DNA of 31,676 bases. Origin: a virus (taxonomy: Duplodnaviria; Caudoviricetes). Shown in pieces: positions 1-7,740 of the stretch. The position numbers and the translations under genes are program-made. The notes beneath the pieces were generated by a model. That model was not told where the DNA came from. It searched no databases and saw only the letters and a list, made by a program, of their open reading frames with translations. The number at the start of each line of letters is the position of its first letter. The first letter of the stretch is position 1. The stretch is from positions 1-31,676 of IMG/VR virus record IMGVR_UViG_3300029318_000056; one strand, 5' to 3'.

Positions 1-48
1 ATAATTAACCTATTTATTAACCTATGAAAAAAGGTTTCTTAAATGCTT

Positions 49-324
49 TTATTCTGTGCTTAAATCGGATGTTATTTCAACTTCGTCCAGAATATAATCA
101 TATCTAGCTTTCTTAACTAGTTTACCGTCCAAATAAAATCTATATTCGTGTAAATTAGGTTTTATTTCTCTATGTGTGGTTTTAGTGCTAAAGAAATTGT
201 ACGATCTTTGTTTGCTTGTCCCTATGTAGCAATCTAGTTCTCCGTGTTCTCTTATTCCATAACTTTTATTTGGTTGTTTATAAGTACAGGAGTTAATAAT
301 ATTATATATCGGGTATTGTTTCAT
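49..324 (-). CDS. Hypothetical early protein (91 aa)
   Basis: ORF track; ATG with A-rich leader; downstream of host-type promoter at 462-492. Confidence 0.7.
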   Translation of the reverse strand: MKQYPIYNIINSCTYKQPNKSYGIREHGELDCYIGTSKQRSYNFFSTKTTHREIKPNLHEYRFYLDGKLVKKARYDYILDEVEITSDLSTE

Positions 325-341
325 AATGTTTGTTTTTAAGT

Positions 342-437
342 TTATAATGTTATAAAGTGATACAAGAAAAATAAAAAGCCAAATATTAATATAAATGGAG
401 TAATATATTTTTCTGTAATATGTATAAATGTTTTCAT
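342..437 (-). CDS. Small membrane peptide (31 aa)
   Basis: Hand translation MKTFIHITEKYITPFILIFGFLFFLYHFITL*; one hydrophobic segment; first ORF after promoter 462-492. Confidence 0.55.
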   Translation of the reverse strand: MKTFIHITEKYITPFILIFGFLFFLYHFITL

Positions 438-461
438 AGTTATTTAATTTAATTGTTTACA

Positions 462-492
462 CAAATATAAGAATAATATTTTAATTAACAAA
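462..492 (-). promoter_or_regulatory. Bacteroidota primary-sigma promoter (early)
   Basis: Minus strand TTTG-N19-TATATTTG, matching the -33/-7 consensus TTTG-N19-21-TAnnTTTG; intergenic. Confidence 0.75.
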
Positions 493-508
493 GAAAGTTA
501 ATAAATAT

Positions 509-634
509 TTAATAAGGATCTTTTATTATTCCCTCTAAATAATCTATTCTTTTTTGTAATCGTTCAATTCTCAATTCATAAACTTCAAGGAGTTGTTTTT
601 GAGTTTCTTTTGACATATTAAATTTTGTATCCAT
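509..634 (-). CDS. Small coiled-coil-like early protein (41 aa)
   Basis: Hand translation MDTKFNMSKETQKQLLEVYELRIERLQKRIDYLEGIIKDPY*; fills the gap between neighbouring ORFs. Confidence 0.55.
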   Translation of the reverse strand: MDTKFNMSKETQKQLLEVYELRIERLQKRIDYLEGIIKDPY

Positions 635-645
635 AGTTTTAAGTT

Positions 646-954
646 TTATATGTTGTCTAAATATTCTAATATCTGTTCAAATGTTTTTGGGTAATCTCTA
701 ACTAAAATATCAACTACTTCGGAATCTTTGTTTAATTTAAACTCATCAAAATTTTCGTATGTATTTAAATTATAGAGTTTTTCTGTATGAATAAAAAGTT
801 CAATACAATTTTGCTCGTCATCGTCTAAAGTATGCATTAATGTAAATTCTGAATTGGTGTAATAATCATTGTCATCATCTCCGATTAATATTTCCAATTC
901 TTTTTCTTTGTCTTTGATTTGTTCTAATTCTTTTATTAATTGTTTTACTTTCAT
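646..954 (-). CDS. Acidic hypothetical early protein (102 aa)
   Basis: ORF track; MKVKQLIKELEQ start typical of small phage proteins; D/E-rich. Confidence 0.75.
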   Translation of the reverse strand: MKVKQLIKELEQIKDKEKELEILIGDDDNDYYTNSEFTLMHTLDDDEQNCIELFIHTEKLYNLNTYENFDEFKLNKDSEVVDILVRDYPKTFEQILEYLDNI

Positions 955-965
955 ATTTATTTATT

Positions 966-1085
966 TAGTTGTTTGTATTTTTTATAGCCTATTCTAATTT
1001 TAAGCTTTTCTTGATCTGTGATATAATACTTATTATCTTCATCAAGTGTATAAAGTATTTTATTTATTGTATTTATAAATTTCAT
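966..1085 (-). CDS. Hypothetical small protein (39 aa)
   Basis: Hand translation MKFINTINKILYTLDEDNKYYITDQEKLKIRIGYKNTNN*; tight packing with neighbours. Confidence 0.5.
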
Positions 1086-1099
1086 ATTGTTTTAGTTGT

Positions 1100-1249
1100 T
1101 TAGATTTCTTTTCTCATTATTACATCATCATAACCCAAATGTTTATAATGATCTGCAATAGAATTGGCAAATTCTTTTGTCCAATAATATGCGTTTACTT
1201 CGCAACCACCCACCCATACTGAATAACATTTTTTTGTTTCTGTTTTCAT
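1100..1249 (-). CDS. Hypothetical small protein (49 aa)
   Basis: Hand translation MKTETKKCYSVWVGGCEVNAYYWTKEFANSIADHYKHLGYDDVIMRKEI*; protein-like composition. Confidence 0.65.
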   Translation of the reverse strand: MKTETKKCYSVWVGGCEVNAYYWTKEFANSIADHYKHLGYDDVIMRKEI

Positions 1250-1251
1250 AA

Positions 1252-1374
1252 TTACCATATTTGCTTTTCTAATCTTATTATTTGTTTTTGTAGTTCCGAC
1301 CTTTTCTTATCATCTTTTTCAAGAGATAATCTAGTTCGCATATTTACCAGCTTTGTATATAAAAAATGTTTCAT
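1252..1374 (-). CDS. Hypothetical small protein (40 aa)
   Basis: Hand translation MKHFLYTKLVNMRTRLSLEKDDKKRSELQKQIIRLEKQIW*; ATGA overlap with upstream stop. Confidence 0.55.
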   Translation of the reverse strand: MKHFLYTKLVNMRTRLSLEKDDKKRSELQKQIIRLEKQIW

Positions 1375-1682
1375 TGTTTCTCGTATTTACTATATGTTTT
1401 TTTGTATATAATACTGCTTAAGCCATCTGCAATTCTTTTTAAGGTTTTATTATCAAACCAATTAATCCATTCATAAGCCGATAATTCTATAATGATTTCT
1501 TTATTATCCCAATCTAACATTTGAATAGTTAAATAATCTGAAGTATAAGAATGTTCATTGTTTTTGCCATATGTTTCTTCTCTATTTGGAAAAGATAAAC
1601 CGATTATTTCCTTTATCTCTGATCTAATGATCTTAGCTTTATTTAAGGATTTTGTAGCTTCTTTATTGTCTGTTATTGTCAT
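1371..1682 (-). CDS. Hypothetical early protein (103 aa; start revised to MTITDNKE)
   Basis: Track ORF 1371..1736 runs through a promoter; ATG at 1682 lies just downstream of it. Confidence 0.7.
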   Translation of the reverse strand: MTITDNKEATKSLNKAKIIRSEIKEIIGLSFPNREETYGKNNEHSYTSDYLTIQMLDWDNKEIIIELSAYEWINWFDNKTLKRIADGLSSIIYKKTYSKYEKQ

Positions 1683-1704
1683 AATAATTGTTTTAATGTT
1701 TATA

Positions 1705-1737
1705 CAAATATATATAAAAATAAATTTAATAAACAAA
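1705..1737 (-). promoter_or_regulatory. Bacteroidota primary-sigma promoter (early)
   Basis: Minus strand TTTG-N21-TATATTTG upstream of the small-ORF cluster. Confidence 0.75.
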
Positions 1738-1890
1738 TAATTAACAAAAAATCTTTACAACAATCTTTTTTAATACACAAGCTAAATACAAAAAAATATT
1801 TAAAAAGTAATATAAATATTAGCAATATGAAAATAAAAACAAAAAATATATGCGAAATAATTTTATTTGGTGGACTAGATGGTTCATCAC

Positions 1891-1943
1891 AAACGTACTG
1901 CGTTTAATGATTAGGTCATACAAAAACGTACTGCGTTTAATGA
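1891..1943. repeat. Two identical 20-bp direct repeats AAACGTACTGCGTTTAATGA, 33-bp period
   Basis: Copies at 1891-1910 and 1924-1943. Confidence 0.95.
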
Positions 1944-1965
1944 CTAAGTATCCAAACAGAATGTA

Positions 1966-2060
1966 TTTAGAATCTATCGGACTTGGAATTGTTTTTACTT
2001 TATCAAGTTTCTTTTTTGTGTATCTATTTACATTAATGATTATAGTAATAAGATTCTAAA
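1966..2060. repeat. 10-bp perfect inverted repeat TTTAGAATCT ... AGATTCTAAA, 75-bp spacer
   Basis: Arms at 1966-1975 and 2051-2060, between the two direct-repeat clusters. Confidence 0.7.
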
Positions 2061-2109
2061 CCTACTGCGTTTAAGAACCTACTGCGTTTAAGAACCTATT
2101 GCGTTTAAG
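2059..2109. repeat. Three tandem 17-bp repeats AACCTAYTGCGTTTAAG
   Basis: Copies at 2059-2075, 2076-2092, 2093-2109 (one C>T); same TACTGCGTTTAA core as 1891-1943; abuts the terL stop. Confidence 0.95.
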
Positions 2110-2111
2110 AG

Positions 2112-3317
2112 TTACCTTATAACGTAAACGCCCTTGTTGGCATTTGCTAAGAAGTATTGAACGCAATATCGAAGAGCATCTAGTTGGTGATTCCATTTAT
2201 CTACTGGTCTAGTGTTTCTTTCGTGCCATACATAATTGTTTAGTTCTTTTATTAGCTCTGTACTATTTGGATCTATAATCAAATCAAAGTCTTGGATAAG
2301 TGCTATTCCTGTAAGTATAGACCCACTGCGTTTAATGGTCGGTTTGATATTACAATACTCTTTTAGTTCAGATATAAGTCTTGGCTCTGCACTATCACAT
2401 ACAATTAAATCTTCACCTGCGTATCTTCTGTTACTCTCTCCAATATCTTTTGTAGACATTCCAGGCTTTGCATACATAGTTTTAATCCATATTTTTTTAC
2501 TATCTTTATGGATTGCAGCTTTTATAAGTACAGTTGGATCTACTGAAAATCCGAAGTCTTGACCGTGTATATATTCAGCTCCCTCATTAAACATACCAAT
2601 GGACCAATTAGAAAAGATTACTCCCTCTGCTTTATCCATCCATCCACCAAGTATTTGATGATTATATCTATCAGGTCTTCTGACTCTAATATCTTCAAGC
2701 TGAAGCAAAAATGATTCTGATAAGTTTTCTATATTATCTTTGAATGTGGTGTGTATGTATGTTACATTATCTTTCCATTCGTTTGTACCTGGATTTACTC
2801 CTTTACCTGCATAGAACCTTTGATATATCCAATGCTCTTTAGTAGTTGGATTTAGTATCATCATAACCCTATTAGGTTTATTCTTTGCCCTAACAGACTG
2901 ATCTATCTTATCAAAGTCTTCTTCCTTTGTCAGTTCTTCTGCTTCATCTAAAACCCAAGTTGTAATACCGCTGATTGATTTAAGAGCTGCTGTTTGATTA
3001 CCTGCTGATGTACGAATACCTTTGAACATTATAGAACTACCAGTACTTATGTTTAAGATCTCATCTTTAGTTATTCTAAAATGCTCTACAATATTGTACA
3101 GTTCAAGCTTTTCTAAGAACTCAGGAATAATTGAATTAGCGGCACTTATCATTGTGTAACGAGTAAAAAGTATCTTATGACCCTGTTCAAACGTTAGAAA
3201 GGCTAAAAATGTGGTTATAGCGAATGATTTACCGCTTCCTCTACCCCCTGTTATTACAAAGTACCTGGTATCGTTACCAAGTGCATTGTATTTAGGATTG
3301 AGAATCGGTTTCTTCAT
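2112..3317 (-). CDS. terL: Terminase large subunit (PBSX/Terminase_3 type)
   Basis: Walker A GGRGSGKS, Walker B WVLDEAEE, LNP motif, nuclease motifs GQDFGFSVDP, DSAEPR, NHQLDALRY; start taken at MKKPILNP. Confidence 0.95.
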   Translation of the reverse strand: MKKPILNPKYNALGNDTRYFVITGGRGSGKSFAITTFLAFLTFEQGHKILFTRYTMISAANSIIPEFLEKLELYNIVEHFRITKDEILNISTGSSIMFKGIRTSAGNQTAALKSISGITTWVLDEAEELTKEEDFDKIDQSVRAKNKPNRVMMILNPTTKEHWIYQRFYAGKGVNPGTNEWKDNVTYIHTTFKDNIENLSESFLLQLEDIRVRRPDRYNHQILGGWMDKAEGVIFSNWSIGMFNEGAEYIHGQDFGFSVDPTVLIKAAIHKDSKKIWIKTMYAKPGMSTKDIGESNRRYAGEDLIVCDSAEPRLISELKEYCNIKPTIKRSGSILTGIALIQDFDLIIDPNSTELIKELNNYVWHERNTRPVDKWNHQLDALRYCVQYFLANANKGVYVIR

Positions 3318-3693
3318 CTGCATCTAATTCTATAGTTTTATCATCTTCTTGGCTGCCTGTAAATAGATTCTTTATATTGATATTTACCTTTTGTTGTTTC
3401 TCTTCAGGTCTATCAAGTGGCTTACCATATTTATATTCAAAGAGTAGTTTGAGGTGAGGAAAAGATTGTTTTGCTTGTTCTGCTAATGATTCCCAAGCTT
3501 CTTCTTCAGATCCGAAGACTTTAGCCATTGCATTAAGTGCGTAGATTCCGACCCTTTTTCGTTTGGCATCGTTAAGAGCAGCAGAAGAAGTGGGTCGTAC
3601 AGTAGGCACGTTTCTAACGCCTTGTTTTCGTCCATTGTTTCTTCGTCCATCAGTCTCTTTGACATATTTATATTGCTTTGGTTTTCTTCCCAT
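3292..3693 (-). CDS. Probable terminase small subunit (start revised to MGRKPK)
   Basis: Immediately upstream of and overlapping terL; basic N-terminus DGRRNNGRK, helical core, LFEYKYGKP motif. Confidence 0.6.
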   Translation of the reverse strand: MGRKPKQYKYVKETDGRRNNGRKQGVRNVPTVRPTSSAALNDAKRKRVGIYALNAMAKVFGSEEEAWESLAEQAKQSFPHLKLLFEYKYGKPLDRPEEKQQKVNINIKNLFTGSQEDDKTIELDADEETDSQS

Positions 3694-3967
3694 TTTTTTC
3701 GTATAAGAACTTATATATCTTCCAAATGGCATCTGACCATTCTTTGTCTGTATAAACTTTAGTTCCTTTCTTTTTTACACCCTTATAATCTACTTCTAAA
3801 TTAAACTTAACACATCTTCCTACACATCCTGGAAGAGGTACTGGATATATCTTATATCCATTCTCTAAACACCACCTGGCTGCTGCCTGATCATATAAAC
3901 CTCCATAAGGAGATAGTCCCCATCTTTTTTTATATTCATCAATTTGCTGTGGTGTTCTGCGTCTCAT
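3668..3967 (-). CDS. Hypothetical protein (99 aa)
   Basis: ORF track; overlaps neighbours in operon fashion. Confidence 0.7.
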   Translation of the reverse strand: MRRRTPQQIDEYKKRWGLSPYGGLYDQAAARWCLENGYKIYPVPLPGCVGRCVKFNLEVDYKGVKKKGTKVYTDKEWSDAIWKIYKFLYEKNGKKTKAI

Positions 3968-4373
3968 AAGTTAAGTCATATCTTTTTTGTAACTCTTGAT
4001 GTTCTTCAAGAAGTTGTTCATACTTTATTTTGTAATAGTTTTCTCTATTATATTTTCTTAAATCATCCTCCGTCTCTTCAAATATCTTATTTCTGATTTT
4101 AGTGTATGAGTTTAATATGCTGTCCTTATGTAATGCAATAACATCAAATACACATAATCCGTGTATAACTGATGCGTGATCTCTTCCTACAAATTCTCCT
4201 ATCTTTGATAATGTCTGATGTGAGAATTCTTTACACAGTTTAAAGAATATGGCTCTTGCATAGACATACTCTCTTTTTCTAGTATTCCTAGATATATTTA
4301 TTTTGAGTTCAGCCTCAACAAAGTGCTTTATGTCAGCTAGGCTAATACTCAATGGATTGGTTTCTTGATTCAT
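3939..4373 (-). CDS. Stand-alone DnaA domain IV (Bac_DnaA_C-like) HTH protein
   Basis: TRKREYVYARAIFFKLCKE..TLSKIGEFVGRDHASVIHG resembles the DnaA C-terminal signature (..AR..AMYL...SL..IG..F.RDHTTV.HA); coiled-coil-like tail; no AAA+ domain. Confidence 0.85.
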   Translation of the reverse strand: MNQETNPLSISLADIKHFVEAELKINISRNTRKREYVYARAIFFKLCKEFSHQTLSKIGEFVGRDHASVIHGLCVFDVIALHKDSILNSYTKIRNKIFEETEDDLRKYNRENYYKIKYEQLLEEHQELQKRYDLTYETQNTTAN

Positions 4374-4593
4374 AATTTTCTACTTCTATTTTTATTTCTT
4401 TATACGTTTTTTCTTCTGCATATAACAGAGCTTTTTTTATTCCCTCACATAGTTCATACATCTCTTTTCTTTCAAACTCAAACATATCTTCGATTAATTC
4501 TTCATAAGTCACTCCTAACAACAAATCATTTAATGTTAAGTAATAACTTTTATTAATCTTTTTTTTATATATATCCTTTTCTAACGTATTCAT
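4342..4593 (-). CDS. Hypothetical protein (83 aa)
   Basis: ORF track; overlapping operon arrangement. Confidence 0.7.
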   Translation of the reverse strand: MNTLEKDIYKKKINKSYYLTLNDLLLGVTYEELIEDMFEFERKEMYELCEGIKKALLYAEEKTYKEIKIEVENYESRNQSIEY

Positions 4594-5341
4594 TTACATT
4601 TTCAGTTTTATCATAGAAATATTTCCTATAATTATTACAAGCAATCTCTACCTTCTTTTTACCTTTTTCCAAAGATTCCTCACTACATTCATATATCCCA
4701 ATCTCACCAGTGCTTTTATCTATAACTAAAAATATAAACTTTTGTACGTTAAACAACTGCATATAAATATATGCTTGTACGTCATAATGCCACTTATATC
4801 TTGCAGAGTAAACCCAAGAAGAAAGATCACTTGTTGTCTTTACATCTACAATCATATTTGTTTTTATATAATCTGCCTTACCTCTAAAAGGCAAACCATT
4901 TATCTCTCCTATACCAGGCATCTCTTCTAAACCATCCCTAAGTAACTGACTAGCTTCATAGTTAGCTTCTATCTTTGATACTAAATAACTCATTGATCTT
5001 AGCTCTTTATGTAGCATAACTTCTACACCAGGATTGTCTAATTTTGCTTCCTTAAACATCTTTGTATTGCGAGAACTTGCATCTACAAAAACATACTTAT
5101 CAGGTATCTTTCCATACTCTAACAACAACATATGAAACAATCTACCCTCTCTAAGTGCTGGTACATCATTATTATCTTTTGCTAAGTATGATTTATATTT
5201 TACAGGAGATTCATATAAGCTTTTTATACTACTAGAAGAAAGAGCTGCTTCACCTAGATAACCATAGTAAAAACTATCGTCATCCATTCTATCAAGCAAA
5301 TCTTTTCTTTCCCATTCTTTACCGTCTAATAATCTTATCAT
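4565..5341 (-). CDS. PD-(D/E)XK exonuclease, RecE/exonuclease VIII-like (DUF3799 type)
   Basis: LSSSSIK, GRLFHMLLLE, FRGKADY..IVDVKTT, YDVQAYIY motifs. Confidence 0.85.
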   Translation of the reverse strand: MIRLLDGKEWERKDLLDRMDDDSFYYGYLGEAALSSSSIKSLYESPVKYKSYLAKDNNDVPALREGRLFHMLLLEYGKIPDKYVFVDASSRNTKMFKEAKLDNPGVEVMLHKELRSMSYLVSKIEANYEASQLLRDGLEEMPGIGEINGLPFRGKADYIKTNMIVDVKTTSDLSSWVYSARYKWHYDVQAYIYMQLFNVQKFIFLVIDKSTGEIGIYECSEESLEKGKKKVEIACNNYRKYFYDKTENVNEYVRKGYI

Positions 5342-5345
5342 ATTG

Positions 5346-5376
5346 CTAATATAATGAACAAATAGTTAACAAACAA
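5346..5376 (-). promoter_or_regulatory. Possible host-type promoter with very short leader
   Basis: TTG-N20-TATATTAG (one mismatch); overlaps the dyad AATAGTT-N7-AACTATT (5361-5381). Confidence 0.4.
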
Positions 5377-5517
5377 CTATTTATTGTAATATTTACTTCT
5401 ACAAACAGCATATCTTTGATCTGTACTTTTATATTCTGATACCATTGTAGGATCAGCCATACATCTTTTTAGATATTCTTTTTCTGTTTCTTGTGCGGTT
5501 GGATTTGGTATTGGCAT
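5377..5517 (-). CDS. Small phage protein with RCM...QRYAVC motif (46 aa)
   Basis: Hand translation MPIPNPTAQETEKEYLKRCMADPTMVSEYKSTDQRYAVCRSKYYNK*; motif recalled from other phage proteins. Confidence 0.75.
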   Translation of the reverse strand: MPIPNPTAQETEKEYLKRCMADPTMVSEYKSTDQRYAVCRSKYYNK

Positions 5518-5518
5518 A

Positions 5519-5812
5519 TTATTTAATGTTTTCTAATTTATCTTCTAATGCAGCTAAGGCTCTCCAAGCTACTTTTCCCAGATGAAGTAACCCATCATCA
5601 TCTATTTTATCAGAATCCATTAGATGTCTCATTAGTGCGTCTAAATGGTCTGTACTTTTACTTTTATCCCAATGCAAAGGTTTGTCAGGATGATGTTGCT
5701 CATTACCTGCTAAACTTACTTTACTTACATATTTTAGTGCATTAGGAAAGTATTTGATTACACCAGTATAAACTGGCATACTTTTTCTTTCTTTATGTTT
5801 ATCTTGACTCAT
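5519..5812 (-). CDS. dATP/dGTP diphosphohydrolase domain protein (DUF5664-like)
   Basis: P.AL..V.KV...G..., DALMRHL, DDDGLLHLGKVAWRAL pattern. Confidence 0.7.
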   Translation of the reverse strand: MSQDKHKERKSMPVYTGVIKYFPNALKYVSKVSLAGNEQHHPDKPLHWDKSKSTDHLDALMRHLMDSDKIDDDGLLHLGKVAWRALAALEDKLENIK

Positions 5813-6189
5813 AATACTTCTGCATCATAAACAGGTAGCATAGCTATCTCTTTAGATATTTTTTTTCTTTTAGCAAAATCTGTAGTCTCAGGTAAATCTT
5901 TATGAAACCACTCAGGACTTGTAAAAAACAAATTCCATCTATATATACCTTTTGGTGTTGAGTTTATATATATAGGAGTATCCCAATTATCTATTGCTTT
6001 GTCAATCAAAGCTGCAAACTTAGACTTCTCTATTACAAGTTCGTCATAATGCGTCTTCCTACATTTAAGTTCTATCCTATGCTGTTTAAGAGGACTGTAA
6101 CAATCCCATCTACTTATAGGGTTCAAACTCATTACTAAGTCAGGATAGACGTGCTGTTTTAGATAATTGAAAAGATCTGATTCAATCAT
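5809..6189 (-). CDS. Putative PD-(D/E)XK-fold nuclease
   Basis: RWDCY...RIELKCR motif (D...ExK). Confidence 0.5.
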   Translation of the reverse strand: MIESDLFNYLKQHVYPDLVMSLNPISRWDCYSPLKQHRIELKCRKTHYDELVIEKSKFAALIDKAIDNWDTPIYINSTPKGIYRWNLFFTSPEWFHKDLPETTDFAKRKKISKEIAMLPVYDAEVL

Positions 6190-6613
6190 TGTATTCGTTA
6201 AATACTTTTCTTAGTCTTGTTATCTTATCCATAAAACAACTACCACAACCTGTAGGTCCATCATTAACATTAAATACATAATTATATATAGCTAGTAATT
6301 CTGTTTGTTGCTCACCAGTTATAGTGTTAGTTTGATTTGCAAAGAAATCATCTAAGTAATTATATTGATCTTCTGTTAAACAATTAGGCTTGTTATATGG
6401 GAACATAACATTTAGTATTCTTTTACGTTCATCACAACCACAGTCTTTTCCTAGTGCATCAAATACACTATCTACTGCTGCTTTTATTCCTGTAGCTTTT
6501 GTAATCTTTTCTACAGTATCACCAACACCTGAAGAAGTAGATTCATATTTAGCAACCCATTCTTTATAGCGTTTGGTTCTTTTATCGTTTGGTTTTGGAG
6601 GTATATTACTCAT
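6182..6613 (-). CDS. Conserved phage protein with CGC and CxxC motifs
   Basis: GVGDTVEKITKATGIK...DCGCDERK...GCGSC. Confidence 0.75.
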   Translation of the reverse strand: MSNIPPKPNDKRTKRYKEWVAKYESTSSGVGDTVEKITKATGIKAAVDSVFDALGKDCGCDERKRILNVMFPYNKPNCLTEDQYNYLDDFFANQTNTITGEQQTELLAIYNYVFNVNDGPTGCGSCFMDKITRLRKVFNEYND

Positions 6614-7187
6614 CTTTATTTATTTTAATTAAGTGAAAATCTCCATTGATATAATCTTGGAAATCTTCAGCAAGTTTAGTATTTAGTATTTCCTTGTAAT
6701 TTTTACAGCTATTGAATATAGATGTAACACTAATATTTGTATCTGCAGATAATTTACGCATACTAATATCAGTTTCATAATACACTTTAAATAATTTTTG
6801 GTCATACCATCTATCCCAACTATTTACTTCTTTATGTATTAAGTTTACAAGTTTCTCTTCAGCTCTCTGCTTTTCTATCTCTGCTTTTTGCTGTGCATCA
6901 GATGTAGTCTCAACTACTTCATATGTAACTTCTATGTCATCAAGTCTTACAACCTGATGTCTTTTGTTTTCTTTTAGATAATCGTTGTATAGGTTTTTTA
7001 TCGTTATGTAAACATAAAACTTATTTACCTCAGTTTCATTGTACATAATCTTATCAGGATTCTTAACATATTTATTTAATCGCAGATACATTTCTTGCAC
7101 GAAGTCTTCTACTAAGTGCTTAGGTATACCCATAGATAAACCCATTGAAATCCAAAGATTATGATATTTTGATAATAACTGCATCAT
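6606..7187 (-). CDS. ECF-type sigma-70 factor (start revised to MMQLLSKY)
   Basis: Region-2-like EDFVQEMYLRL..YVYITIKNLYND and region-4 HTH SMRKLSADTNISVTSIFNS. Confidence 0.8.
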   Translation of the reverse strand: MMQLLSKYHNLWISMGLSMGIPKHLVEDFVQEMYLRLNKYVKNPDKIMYNETEVNKFYVYITIKNLYNDYLKENKRHQVVRLDDIEVTYEVVETTSDAQQKAEIEKQRAEEKLVNLIHKEVNSWDRWYDQKLFKVYYETDISMRKLSADTNISVTSIFNSCKNYKEILNTKLAEDFQDYINGDFHLIKINKDE

Positions 7188-7330
7188 TTGAAAAAGAAGA
7201 AGTGTATAAACACAAACCCTGCACAAACTCTAAGTAGATCTGCAGTAGTATTGTATTCAGGTATTTCAATATCCTCGACATAATCTATGCCAAGTAAAAA
7301 TCCTTTTATAAACTCAAATTGTACATTCAT
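7184..7330 (-). CDS. Hypothetical small protein (48 aa)
   Basis: Hand translation MNVQFEFIKGFLLGIDYVEDIEIPEYNTTADLLRVCAGFVFIHFFFFK*; ATGA overlap with the sigma gene. Confidence 0.65.
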   Translation of the reverse strand: MNVQFEFIKGFLLGIDYVEDIEIPEYNTTADLLRVCAGFVFIHFFFFK

Positions 7331-7332
7331 AA

Positions 7333-7740
7333 TTAATATTCAAATTCTACTCTAATATGATCGGCTTCTCCATAAAACTTACTCATTCTGTTTATTTCAA
7401 CTATGTTCTGATCTTGTTCATAAACAAGACCTTCTAACGAGTCAAAGAAAGCCTTGTTTAAATTATCCTGCAAGTCAGGTTTAGTTGTCTTAAATGTTTT
7501 CACTCTTTTCTTTTTAGAGAAACTCTTAGGATAAGAGTAAATGTATTCTATATAATTAACTTTAATTTCTGATCCTGATGTAATTATGTCAAAATCTTTA
7601 GGTAATTGTTCTACTATAAGAGCCTTTATATTTCTTTGATAATCTACAATCTTCTTAGGTTTATATCTTATACCATTCCTACCAATCCTAAATGATTGAT
7701 GTGCTAATGGTTTTACATATATATCAAATGATAATTTCAC
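7333..7740 (-). CDS. rusA: RusA family Holliday junction resolvase
   Basis: KPDLQDNLNKAFFDSLEG.VYEQDQNI catalytic signature. Confidence 0.9.
   Translation of the reverse strand: MKLSFDIYVKPLAHQSFRIGRNGIRYKPKKIVDYQRNIKALIVEQLPKDFDIITSGSEIKVNYIEYIYSYPKSFSKKKRVKTFKTTKPDLQDNLNKAFFDSLEGLVYEQDQNIVEINRMSKFYGEADHIRVEFEY

Noticed and set aside
1891-2109. CRISPR mini-array interpretation of the repeats
   Set aside because: Repeats are 17-20 bp and either tandem or separated by only 13 bp; no spacer-length unique units and no cas genes.
1816-5352. 15-bp match ATATTAGCAATATGA at 1816-1830 (+) and 5338-5352 (-)
   Set aside because: A few matches of this length are expected by chance in AT-rich 32 kb; no further support.
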